Assembly: GCA_001643675.2 (NCBI GenBank)
Contig: LSRY02000008.1
Coordinates: forward strand, 1,736,001 to 1,800,000
DNA: 64,000 bases
Direction of reading: 5' to 3'
Source of the DNA: Monocercomonoides exilis PA203
Lineage: Eukaryota > Protista > Preaxostyla
The notes under the pieces were generated by a model. That model was not told where the DNA came from and ran no database searches. It saw only the letters and a list, made by a program, of their open reading frames with translations. The position numbers and the translations under genes were made by a program. Every line of letters begins with the position of its first letter. Position 1 is the first letter of the stretch. Positions 12,600-24,305 of the stretch are shown piece by piece.

Positions 12600-14138
12600 G
12601 AAAAACAGCTTCTGTTCCAATCGAACTCTCCGTCCTCCCTTTCCCAATGACCGAAATCTTCTTTGATCCAATCTCAATAGTTGTTGCTTCGCTTGTGTGA
12701 TTCCCTTCCATCAGCGTGACTGACAAGCTAATCTGCACCTCACACATCTCAAACGCCTTCTTCACTGTCAGACACGGATATGTTTCATTTGACCCACACA
12801 ACTCAAAATTATCATTTCCACCAACAGAAACATATATCGTCTTATCCTTTAGCCAATCCACTTTTCTGTGTGTTGATATGACCAAGCACCTGCATCAGCA
12901 TAATTGTTGCAAAGCAGATCCTCTTATCATTTGTGTTTGTGGTGTAACATTCATGAAACGGATTTCCTGAATCCAAATACAGATTGTATGTATCGACATA
13001 CTCAATATCATGCCGTATGGATTAGTTGCATCCCTGCAATTGCATTCATGAAAGAAAAAAATAACAATAAGTTCCATTGACTGGTTTTTCTGTTTATTCT
13101 GGTCAATCTTAATCCTCCTCCCTCTTGTCGCGCCGAACATGAAATGAACTGTATGCTCCTCATTTTGAATGCAACTGGAACAGTGTACAACACATCCCTC
13201 CACCAATCAGAATTTACAACCGAGCATGAAGTGAAACTGCAGTCAAACACACACGCACTTTCCCCTTCTCCACTTTCTGTTTCAATGCATCCTGTTCCAG
13301 ATACCTGAAATGATTGCAATATTAATCCTCCTCCATAGCTTGATGCCTTGCAATTCCGGAATTCACAATCACTGATCCGAGCACATGATGAAATAGAGCT
13401 GGCATACATTCCGCCTCCATGTTGGTTTTGAGCTGTACACGCATTGAACACATTATTTTCGATATACACAGATTTGATTGTGTTGCACATAATTCCACCT
13501 CCACGGCTGTATGCAAAGCAATTATTAAACAGACAACGTGAAACTGAGAGCTCTCCATTTCCCTTGTTGTACATCCAAATTGCACCTCCACTCGATTTTC
13601 CATCAGCATACGAATCACTTTCTCCTGTCGTCTTCGATCCATTCCATTCACACCAAACAAATTTATTCGCTCCATTTTCTGTTGTATTTTGCCTCTCTGG
13701 AGTCAACTTTCTGTCTGAAGTTCCTTCACAAACAACATTCCTTGCCCGACAACATTTAATAAAAGAGGTGTTTGAAGCAGTCAGAGAAGTAAAGGGATTG
13801 TTGAGGGAAGTGACAATCCCGCCATCATATGCATCACAAACAGACGTAAATGAGCAGCTGCTCATCAGACATGTAGCTTGGGTTGACATTGTGGTTGAAG
13901 GTGAACATGCGTCATTTGCTGTTGATATGTTGAAAAATGTCAAATGAGAAAGAGATATAAGGGGTGAAGACTCATGATAAAAAATTGGCAAAAAAGAAGA
14001 AGTGCAACTCACACACAAAAATACTATCTTCGACGCTGTCTTCTCTTCCTCTGCCTCTTGGAGCAATCTGGCAAAATATTTAATAAATTCAAAATCCTTC
14101 TTCCCGCCTCTTCCGCTGCTTCTCAAAGGGATATCCAT
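12600..14138 (-). pseudogene. Beta-helix cassette 3 (type B module), frameshifted
   Basis: ORFs 13008-14138, 12895-13206 and 12439-12885. Module WLKDKTIYVSV..CGSNETYPCLTVKKAFEMC. Homology ends at SSIGTE (~12610). Confidence 0.85.
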
Positions 14139-15499
14139 AAGAGAAAAGCATCTTTTTCTTCAGTGCCACCAAATGGATACGGAACTCCAATGTTATTTGT
14201 CAACTGTTTTCCACAGAATCTCTTTTTCTTCTGTTGTCATTTCCTGTCTTCTTTCCAAATTCAATTTTCTCGCATATATTTTGAACACATGCAAGGGCTC
14301 CGGTATCAATAAAAAAACAGAAAAAAATAAAGAAAAATTACAGACAACGAAAATAAATATATTTCAATATAAAAAAGATGAAATTAAAAACAAAGTATTT
14401 TTATAAAAATAAAAATTAATAAATAAACTGTTCCTCTTTCTTTTTGCAATCTTCCTCTTCTCCTTCCTCTTCTTTTCCTGCCAGCCCCAGCCTATTCAGC
14501 ATTGCTTTCCTCCGTTCTTCACCTCGCAAACAGACCTCCCAGCCCTGTCACTTCTCAATGCTTCCAATGCTATTTCGTGCTATCCTCTCATTGCGCCAGA
14601 TCAATCTTCACTTTTGTCAATCATTTTCACAAAAAGCACATATCTCTTTGAAAATAAAACCATAAACAAACAAACAAATAAACAAATAAACAAATAAATA
14701 TCGAATTCACAAACGCAACATGTGTCAACATCCAGAAATGATAACTGCCCCCTTCCGCTTCCCTTCCCCTCCTCTTCCCTGTCCTTTCCGCTCAACTCTC
14801 CCTCCCCCAGCAAAGCACACGACCCACACCCTGACCATTTGCTTCATCGCAGCAACACCAAAACCCCAAGATGTCACCTCTCTCAGCCATCATTCACCCC
14901 ATTTTTCTGCCATCTTCCTTTGCTCTTTCCTTCTCATCCCATCTGCTCCCCTCTCCTGCTGCCAATTTCCAACACTTCCACAGCCTTCATCTTTCTGTTG
15001 CCTCTTCGCCTTTTTCCCTCCTCCCTTTCATTCCTCTATTGATTTATTTCATTTTTTCATATGTAATTTTCCATTTTTCTCTCTTTCTCTCTCTAAAACA
15101 TCACAATTCCCCAACCAACACTCTTCTGCTAGCATCCATTTCATTTGCAGTGTGCAACACTGCCCCCACCGTTACTGCCCGCAATACACATTATCCACAA
15201 CAAATCACAAGAATCAAAAAAACATAGCAAACACATCCTAACAACCTGCTGAAAACAAAAGGCAAAACATCCTCATCTTCTAAAATTTTCTTTCCTCTTG
15301 TCCTCCCTTCATCTCCACAATTCTCCCCAAAAAACACACAAAACAATCCCAATTATCGAATTTGCCAACAACCCAGACATCAAATCCCTTTCAAATTCAA
15401 AACACCCACAACCACCTCGCCGTAATGCAAATAACAGCCGTCATTGCACATCCACCGGCCTTTGCCTCAGTGCTCGGAGTGTACCGAGAAAAATACAAT

Positions 15500-16470
15500 T
15501 TGTCTATTCCAGTCTTCAATTATGCATACGATCGTCACAATTTTGAAAAAAAGAAAAAACTGAAAACTACCTTTGTAAATGGGAGGGCATCAGACAATAA
15601 TATTTTATGGTGGATTTGCTGAATTATTGTTTTTGAAGGCGTCTTGTGCGACTGGGACTGGTGTTGAATTTGGAAAGACTTGAAGCGATTTTTTGTACAA
15701 GAAAGGGGATGGAGCACCGATGCTTTGAAAATATTATATATATCACGGGATATATGTATTTCTGATAATTCTATATAATGTGAAGATATTTTCATCCGTA
15801 TCCTTCCCAAGTCATGATTCGGACAATTTTATATTAAAAGTCAATTTATTTTTTTGAAGAGGACAATAGCAGGGAATCACACCAATATTACCTACAAACA
15901 GCAAATATTAAAACATGAGGATTTTTTAACGAAAAATTTCACAGTTATTTTTGATGCAATATGCAATGGGTCGAAATGCAACGAAAAACGAGTTTTAATG
16001 GAGCAGAAATTCATGGAGTCGGAAAATGCCAAATACAAAAAGGAAGTGTGACCAATTTTTCTGAAAAGGCTGCCTTTTTTTTAAAAAGAGGAAGAGGACA
16101 TTTTCAGAAAATTTGTTGGAGGGATTGGAGTGGATGCATTGAATGGAAAATGGAGACAAGTGGCTGAAACAAGAGATTGGCGGTTGTTGCTGGACGAATG
16201 GATTTTCTTGGGTTGATAAGGACAAGACAATATTTTTATGGACTGAGAAGAGTAGTGGAACTAAATTTGATTGCTTGGTTTGAGAGCGATAATGCAAGAA
16301 AAACAGGCAGTTCGGCGTAATACAAGCAGCTGGAGGCAAATGACAGGCAAAATGGATTTGAATCATTTTGCAATCGCCTTTGGCATTGTATCATCGAAGG
16401 GTTATCCATTGAAGCAGAGAACGAGGTTTTTTTTGAAGCAATCTTCGACAGAAAATATCCGACATTAAAG
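15500..16470 (+). other. Core element copy 2
   Basis: Shares GAGGAAGAGGACATTTTCA, GCAGCTGGAGGCAAAT..CAGGCAAAATGGA and the conserved motif with copy 1. Confidence 0.7.
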
Positions 16471-17308
16471 ATCTTTAAATCCTCTTCTACACTTTCAGTC
16501 TCATCGTTTTCTTCATCTTCATCCCCTTCATCTACTTCATTTCCTTCATCGAATTCTTCTCTGTCATTATTTTCAAATGCATCTCCTCAACAAAGAAATT
16601 ATATATTTTTTCACCCCTTCTTGGTCATTATCTTCTTCTTCTTCACCAAATCGTTTTGAAGGATATTTGTTGAAAGAGTTATTTGAGAAGAAGCAGAACA
16701 GGAGAATGGAAATAGGATGTTTTTTTGGAGAAGCAGAAGAGAAGCAAAGCTGTTGAATGAATGATGGAAGATGGAGATGAGGGGAAATGGGTGCTTTTGC
16801 AGAAAGAAAAAATGATCTAGAGAAGAAGAAAGAAGAAAGAAGAAGAACAGAAGCAATGAAGAATAGAGATTGTCAAAGGCATGAACACATAATTTTTTGA
16901 ATAAAAGAAATAACATTTTATCAAACTTTTCTAATATATATTTTTATTTGAAATTAGGATCTTTTTGGAAGAATATCTTCGTTGGTTAAAAGCGCGAGGG
17001 ATGAGGAAAGATGGATTTTGAGGCGATCCCGGGAAGATGGCAGAAGGCAGGAAATGGAATGGGCATAGATGAGTGAGCAAAGGGAAACATATGAAATGTG
17101 TGGAAAAGATGGGATTTGCGAAATGGAAAAGGTATTTTGAAAAGGGGGAGGGGAAGCGATAAAAGATAGAGAGAAGAGAAATTGATGATAAGGCAGAAGG
17201 AGAAATTTGAGAAATAATTGAGAAGAAGAAGGCATTAATAAGAAAACAGATTGAAAACGGATGAAAGGCGAGGAAATGGAGGAAAAAGGAATTTGAAGAT
17301 AGAATGTT

Positions 17309-19066
17309 TTGAGGAGCATTTGCAGAAGAGTGGGAAAAAGGGAAGAGGATGAAAAGTTTGTTGTGGGGATGGGGAAGGATATTGAGGCAGGGGCATTTGA
17401 TGTGAGTGGGAGCATTGGGGCGTTGACAAACATCACATTGAAAGGATGGAGAAGAGGGGAGAGATATACTCGGGAAGGCTGTTTGGAGGGAAGGGATATG
17501 GAGGGGAGAAGGGTGGAGATGAAGAGAAAGGAGGAGAAAGAGGAGAAGGAGGCAGAGGAAGAGGAAGAAAAGGAGATGGATATGGAGAAGGTATTGAAGG
17601 GAGTATTTCGGTGAGTGAATCACGATTCTCTTCTTTTTGTGTCTCATCAGCCCCATTCCTGTCATCCCCTTCAATACCCCTTGTATCCCTCTCCAAACTC
17701 ACATTTTTCAACATCTCAACAGCAAATGATGCATGTTCACCTCCAACCACTGCATCAATCCAAACCTCTTGTTTTATGAACAGTTGTTCATTTTCGTCTG
17801 TTTGTGATGCATATGATGGCAGGATTGTTCATTCCCTCAACAATCCCTATGCCTCTTTAACTGCCTCAAATACCTCGTTTGTTGGATGTTATCGGACAAG
17901 AAATGTTGAATGCAGTGGAACAGCAGAGGTTCCTTTGAAGCCAGACAGACAGAACGAAACATTCAATGGAGCTAATTCATTCACTTGGTGCGAATGGAAT
18001 GGATCGAAAACATCAGGAGAAAGTGATTCATGGACGGATGGAGAATCGAGCGGAGGGGCAATCTGTGTGAATGGTTTATCATCTGCCTCTGTGTCTGTTT
18101 CCCATTGTATATTTAATAATTGTTTTGCATACAGTCGTGGAGGGGGAATAATGTGCGCAAGCATAAAAGAAGTTAAAATAGAGAACAACTCATTTAATGC
18201 ATGCACAGCTCAGAATCATTATGGGGGTGGAATGCTTATTTATGCGATTTCATTGTGTGCTCGAATCAGCGATTGTGAATTCCAGAATTGCAAAGCAAAT
18301 AGCTATGGAGGAGGGCTTTATCTTAATAATTTTAATATTTCAGGAACCGGATGCATTGAAGCAGAAAATGAAGGAGGAGAGAGTGCGTGTGTGTTTGACT
18401 GCAGTTTCACTTCATGTTCGGTTACAAATTATTATGGTGGAGGCATGCGTTGTTACAATGTTCCTAATCAATTCAAAATGAGGAGCATTCAATTTATTTC
18501 ATGTTCAGCATTAAGAGAGGGAGGAGGATTATTATTACAGCCAAATCGAGAAACAATACCAAATGATGGAATTCATTGTTATTTTTGTTCTTCCATGAAT
18601 GCAGCTGCAGGGATGCAAATAATCCACGTGGGCATGACGTTGAATATGTTGATTATTACAATCTGTATTTGGAATCAGGAAATCCATTTTATGAATGTTA
18701 CACCACAAACACAGATGAGAAGAGGATCTGCTTTGCATACAATTATGCAATTGCAAATGTTTGGACATATGACGAAATATCAAAAAGGATTGGCTGAAGA
18801 GAGGGATTCTCAATCGATTTGTGGCAGTGAGTGGAGGAAACGCAGAAGAGTTGTGTGGATTGGATGAGTCAAGTGCATGCAGAACCATTGGTGTTGCAGT
18901 TGAAAAGAGCGTGATTCAAGTGAGCCTGTCAGTCACGCTGATGGGAGGGGATCACACAAGCGAGACAACAACTATTGAGATTGGAACAAAAAGATTTAAG
19001 TCATTGGGAAAAGAAGAGGATTCATCATCTTTGGAAATATCGGACTCACAATGGAAACATCATTGA
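17309..19066 (+). pseudogene. Beta-helix cassette 4 (type A); duplicate of cassette 6
   Basis: ORFs 17309-17614, 17446-18867, 18576-18797 and 18821-19066. As far as compared, it differs from 29050-30810 only by homopolymer length. Confidence 0.9.
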
Positions 19067-20999
19067 GATGATGTTTATTGTTTGAGCACTTTTAATTGCC
19101 AGCACAAGATTTTGAACAAAACATTTCAAGGCAATGGCCATGTGGATCTGCATTCTGTGCTTTGGAAGATGTTGAGCACCTGAGCCAGGAAAGCACAGAA
19201 TGAATGATCGTTTTTGTTTCTTGAAGTGCTGAATGGCGATGGGAAGAGGAGTGCTTTCCACTTAGATCTGAGCAATTGGTTGTCATGTTAATGCTGCTGA
19301 AACGTATTGACAGGCAAAAGGGGTTTGAAGCATATGAAGCGGAAGATGGCAGGTTAAAGGTGCCTTTGAGGAATTTACTTGAACGGTGATAAACAAATGA
19401 AGTGAGCCTTGGGGTTTGTTTGTTATTGGATGGAGAAAAGTATTGTTGGAAGAGAATAAGAGTGAAGCAGCGTTTGATTTGTTCATTAATTTTAGAAGAG
19501 TTTTCTTTTTTTTTTTTTTTTTTCAATTTTTGCAAAAATCAAATGTATTGCCATTTTTGAGATATTTTGTGCTTATTATTCTTTTTCTTGAGTAGTTCTG
19601 ATGATAAATAAGTGTGCAAAAATTAAAATTGACGAGATAAAATGTTTTAGGGATAATATGAATTGGGTATTGGATATGGACAAGGAAATGGGGCATTTCA
19701 AACATTTTCATTGAAAAAAGTATCTGTGAAAAAGAATGAGAAAGAATTATTGCAATGAGCCCAAAATGGAGCCAAGAACAGAAAATATCGAGACACATCC
19801 AAACAGTTGTTTTAGAAAAATTCTTTATTCCAACTGTTCAGAGAGGATCAAGTCAAATGTGAAATTGAATTTTGTGTAAAACTCGAGAAACATTTTCAAA
19901 TCATCAAAAAGAGTCAGTTCTGATATGTGAGGATTTTGAAACACAAAAAAAGGTGACTTTATTTTTTCTCTATTATTATTTTTAAAACGACGATTTTCAT
20001 TTTCATTTCCTTAATTTTTTGATTGTTTCTGAGGATTGTCAAAATGGTTCGAAGAGATGATGAAAAGAGAAAAAAATGAAGATTTGGACAAGCGATGCAA
20101 TCAATTCAGATTAAAAATACAACAGGAATTAAATAATTTGAAACAGGGGTTTTCAACCTTGTTGGCTGTATCATGATTCAATTATCATCCAAATCACTTT
20201 CTTTTGGAAAACACAAAATTTTTCAAATTTTTTAGAAAATGAAACTGAGTGATTTGTTTTCACATCATTCTTTTTCTTTCAAGAAATTTTAATTAAAGTA
20301 TTGTTTTTATTTTTAACAAACGGATATGAAAAATAATGAAACAGCCTATTCTCAAGTTAATTATGTTCCGTTACATGTTTGTGGTGAATGCTTTATAATG
20401 AAAAACATGTTATTCTTTTTGAAACATCGCAAATGTTTGATTGACAAGTGGGAACACAAAACATCATTTGATCTATTTTGAAACAAACTCTTCAAACTGT
20501 TCAAAGACACAATAAAAATGAAGTGGTCTTGTCTGCATATTGAAACTCGTATTTTTATTTATTTTGATTGGACGGTTTAAAGAATTTAGCAAATTATAAC
20601 TTTAATAATTAATTGAATGAATTCAAAATACTTAATTGATTTCACTCTTTATTTGCGATTTAAAAGAAATATCCTTATTTTAGGAAACAAATATTAAAAA
20701 CACCTTTTAAAAACACAAAACTTTAATTAATAACTTTTTGTTCATTTTTTATTCCTTTTAACATTCAAAGGAGTCAAAATCATCTAAATTTTTATTGTCA
20801 TCTTTCATTAATTATCTGAATAAACGATTCACTTTTTTTCTCAAATGACAATTATTCTTCTTCAATTTTTCCAGTTTTCATCTTGTGTTTTTCATAAATC
20901 TCATCCCATTCATCAATAAGTTTTTCTTATGAAATTTCGAATACGAAAAAACCGAAACAATGTGAGTGTGAAGGAATGAAGTATTTAAAGACTGAGGAT

Positions 21000-21560
21000 G
21001 TTTCATTAACACAGATCCAGATTCATTGCTGAGGACTCAGCTGTTAATGAAGGCTTTTTTGATGACTGAAGGGGTGAATGCTGTGTGAAGAGCTTGTGGT
21101 AATACATCTGCAACAGCTGTTCTTTTTGAAGATGAAAAGGTGGATGATGGGGAGCTGTAATTGTTTGAAAGCTCCGACTTCAATACTGCAAAAACACCTC
21201 TGTCCATAGGCTGCGATATGTGTGTAGTATGTGGAACGAAGGTTACGACGTCTATTTCAGCTTCTTAAAACTGTCTCCATATCGTTGGATCTTTCCTTGA
21301 TGAATGTGGATCAATGAGAAGAAGGCAACGATAAGATTCTTTTGTGGGATATTTTTTTCTGTCAATAATTGAAGACAGCAAAATTTTAAGAGTATATATA
21401 CAGAATGATGTTTATTCTTCGTGCCATTATGTTTGGACAAATGTTAAGAAATGATGCGCATAGTAAATAATGTTATTATTGAAAAGTTACGCTCATCCAC
21501 AGTTCGTCTGAAGGATGAAAGAAGCCTTCAGCAGCAATTCCATGTTAACATCTGCATCAC
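21000..21560 (-). mobile_element. pogo/Tigger-like DDE_1 transposase remnant
   Basis: Manual translation: GIAAEG..PS..LW; RCLLLIDPHSSR...F*EAEIDVVTFVPHTTHISQPMDRGVFAVLK...FTPSVIKKAF. Matches DDE_1 motifs LLxDxHxSH and PPxTTHxLQPLDxGVF. Internal stops. Confidence 0.8.
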
Positions 21561-21621
21561 CTTGAAAAGGTGTGCCCTCGTTAGTCAGAGCCCATCTTTT
21601 TTTTTTCATTATTTCCTTTTT

Positions 21622-21654
<33 letters not shown>

Positions 21655-21975
21655 ATTTTTTTTTTTTATTTTTTTTTTTTGATAAAAACAAACACCTTTT
21701 TAAATTATGCTTATGAAAGGATAACTTTCCAATAATTCAATAATTTCTTAACATAAATTTCATCACTATATTCAATCAATAAACCTTAATTAAATATTAA
21801 TTTATTAAAATACTATTTTTAACTTTGACAAAAGTCCTATCATTTTTTGAAAATTATCATCAAAATTTTCTTATTCATTTTTTTATGTTTAAGAAGCTTA
21901 ATTATCAGTGTCTCATTTTTATTATTTTTCATTTTTTAAAAGCTTAAAAACTGTGTGATTATTCATGTTCAATAT

Positions 21976-22231
21976 AAATGATAATTTATGAAATTATAAC
22001 TTTTTTCGGGGTGTTCATTTTTCTAAGCTTGTTTGTCATTGGGAAGAGATTTTGTATTCAAATTGAAAAATCATCAAAACTATTCCAAAAACAAATGTTT
22101 TCACTCAAATAAAGATGAAGATGTCTTCTATGAGTTTTTTCATTTTTCAGTGTTCTTTTGTTGATATCCAAGGAAAATTTTCGAACCGAAATTTTTGAAA
22201 GAAAAAAATTTGATATCAAAAATAATCACTA
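21976..22231 (+). mobile_element. ~256-bp MITE-like element, hybrid copy at the duplication/palindrome junction
   Basis: Left TIR matches the 33726 copy; the body is the inverse of the 22996 copy. Confidence 0.65.
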
Positions 22232-23238
22232 ATATCTATAAGGATAATTGTTTTGATGTTGACCTGTTCAGCCATTTCTTTTTTCAATTATTTGAAAGTT
22301 GTTCTTCCCGAAAAGAAACATCTTTTTTGTTGAACAAATTCAATTTATTATAATTAATGAAACTTAGCAGTTGGTTAAAAACTAATATTTCAAGATACCT
22401 CATCTTTCGTTTTTTCATGAGAGTATCATTTTTGATATCATCGATAAGAATCACGAAGATGGTGTGATGCGCCAGGCAGATATTGAAAAATGGGTAATTT
22501 GTTTTAAAATATATCACTTTTGAATTATTAACTTCATTTGTGACATTCTCATATTGTTATCAACTTTCAATTCACAATCTCAAATTATTATTATGATAGT
22601 TTTGACAGCTTTTCACTCAACACATTTCAATTCAAAAGAAAATTTGAGATTTTGAAATGAAAGTTGATAACAATATGAGAATGTCACAAATGAAGTTAAT
22701 AATTCAAAAGTGATATATTTTAAAACAAATTACCCATTTTTCAATATCTGCCTGGCGCATCACACCATCTTCGTGATTCTTATCGATGATATCAAAAATG
22801 ATACTCTCATGAAAAAACGAAAGATGAGGTATCTTGAAATATTAGTTTTTAACCAACTGCTAAGTTTCATTAATTATAATAAATTGAATTTGTTCAACAA
22901 AAAAGATGTTTCTTTTCGGGAAGAACAACTTTCAAATAATTGAAAAAAGAAATGGCTGAACAGGTCAACATCAAAACAATTATCCTTATAGATATTAGTG
23001 ATTATTTTTGATATCAAATTTTTTTCTTTCAAAAATTTCGGTTCGAAAATTTTCCTTGGATATCAACAAAAGAACACTGAAAAATGAAAAAACTCATAGA
23101 AGACATCTTCATCTTTATTTGAGTGAAAACATTTGTTTTTGGAATAGTTTTGATGATTTTTCAATTTGAATACAAAATCTCTTCCCAATGACAAACAAGC
23201 TTAGAAAAATGAACACCCCGAAAAAAGTTATAATTTCA
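21989..23238. repeat. Fold-back palindrome: 598-bp arms (21989-22586 / 22641-23238), 54-bp spacer
   Basis: Mirror ORFs 22284-22517(-) and 22710-22943(+). The only mismatches seen are at 22570 and 22575, in the innermost 17 bp. Confidence 0.95.
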
Positions 23239-23251
23239 AAAATAATCACCC
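22996..23251 (-). mobile_element. ~256-bp MITE-like element, TIR GGGTGATTATTTTTGAAAT
   Basis: Ends TAGTGATTATTTTTGATAT ... ATTTCAAAAATAATCACCC; non-coding; dispersed copies of equal length. Confidence 0.65.
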
Positions 23252-24305
23252 ACATTTGTTTTTGTTTTTATTCAAGTGAAGAAACATCAAAAATCAAAAT
23301 TATTGAAATTTTTGTTAAAAACTTTTTTTTTTTTAATTTTTAATAATTTTTAATTTTTTTTTGATAAAAATCATTCGTCGATATATCATCTCACACGGAA
23401 TATCAGATATAAGTGGGGAATTATAAATATCGCATTTCTAAGAATAAATCATCAGTTATTGTGAAATTTATTGATGTTTGTGGTATTTTTTTCCTGATGG
23501 AAAAAGCAACATTTACTGAAATAAAAAATCTGATATGATCACCAAAAATTGAGCAAAAGCAAAAGTGATCATATCAATTAATACTGTATTTCTGGTGAAT
23601 TTATTTTATTTGAAAAAAAGGATAAAACTGTATTTGTATTGAATTATCAGTTTCCAATATTTAATAATTAGATTGAAAGATAAAGATAATTTGTGATTCA
23701 TTATCGGCAAAGGAGATTACGGAAAATGGATGCTTTATCAACTTAATTCGTTAATTTTGATAATTCTTTTGAATAAAAACTTTCCATTTCTTTGCGTTTT
23801 GGTATCTAAGAAAAATAAACAAAAAAAATAGTATCAAAATCAATTGCTCAGCCAATGAAGACAATATCTAATCATTGCCAAAATCTTTTTTAATCTCATT
23901 CATTTTTGGATACATTTTTTGTGACTATAAACGATTGTGATTATTAGCAAGGGTCAAAGAGAGTGCATCTACAGCCAAGCCTGTTATAGATGCGATTGTG
24001 AATATTATATTTTTTTTTGATTTTAAACCAAAAAGCCATAACAATTTCATATTTCCATTCCTGATTTTTTTGAAACACTCAAATATATACATTGTTTCAT
24101 CATTGTTAAAGTTTGTATTTTTTTCCTTTTCTTTTTCTTTTTAGCTTCATTGAATACTTTTAAAGTATTACATAAGCAAACTATTTCGATTTTTTTAATC
24201 AAAATACTATTCTATTTCACTTTTTCTAATACAAAAGACAAAAGCTCACAACAGGCAAAAAACTTTGTACCAACAATGAAAAGTGCTCAAACAATAAACA
24301 TAATC

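Larger units (their letters stand above)
13999..21994 (+). repeat. ~8.0-kb direct segmental duplication, copy 1
   Basis: Identical ORF translations recur at ~+11.74 kb. Identity starts at GAAGTGCAACTCACACAC (13999/25731) and ends at GATAATTTATGAAAT (21994/33744). Confidence 0.95.

Noticed and set aside
18244-18300. Diversity-generating retroelement (TR/VR) explanation for cassette variability
   Set aside because: Differences between near-identical copies are not adenine-specific, and no reverse transcriptase is visible in the window.
21262-21270. TAA/TAG = Gln code (as in Streblomastix), suggested by RQF*EAEID in the DDE relic
   Set aside because: The 500-630-codon ORFs contain no in-frame TAR and use CAA/CAG. 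The TAA at 30742-30744 replaces Ser (TCA), not Gln.
22284-22943. Paired identical small ORFs (also 58187-60169) as real genes
   Set aside because: They have non-ATG starts and low-complexity AT-rich translations; the duplication is simply due to the palindromes.
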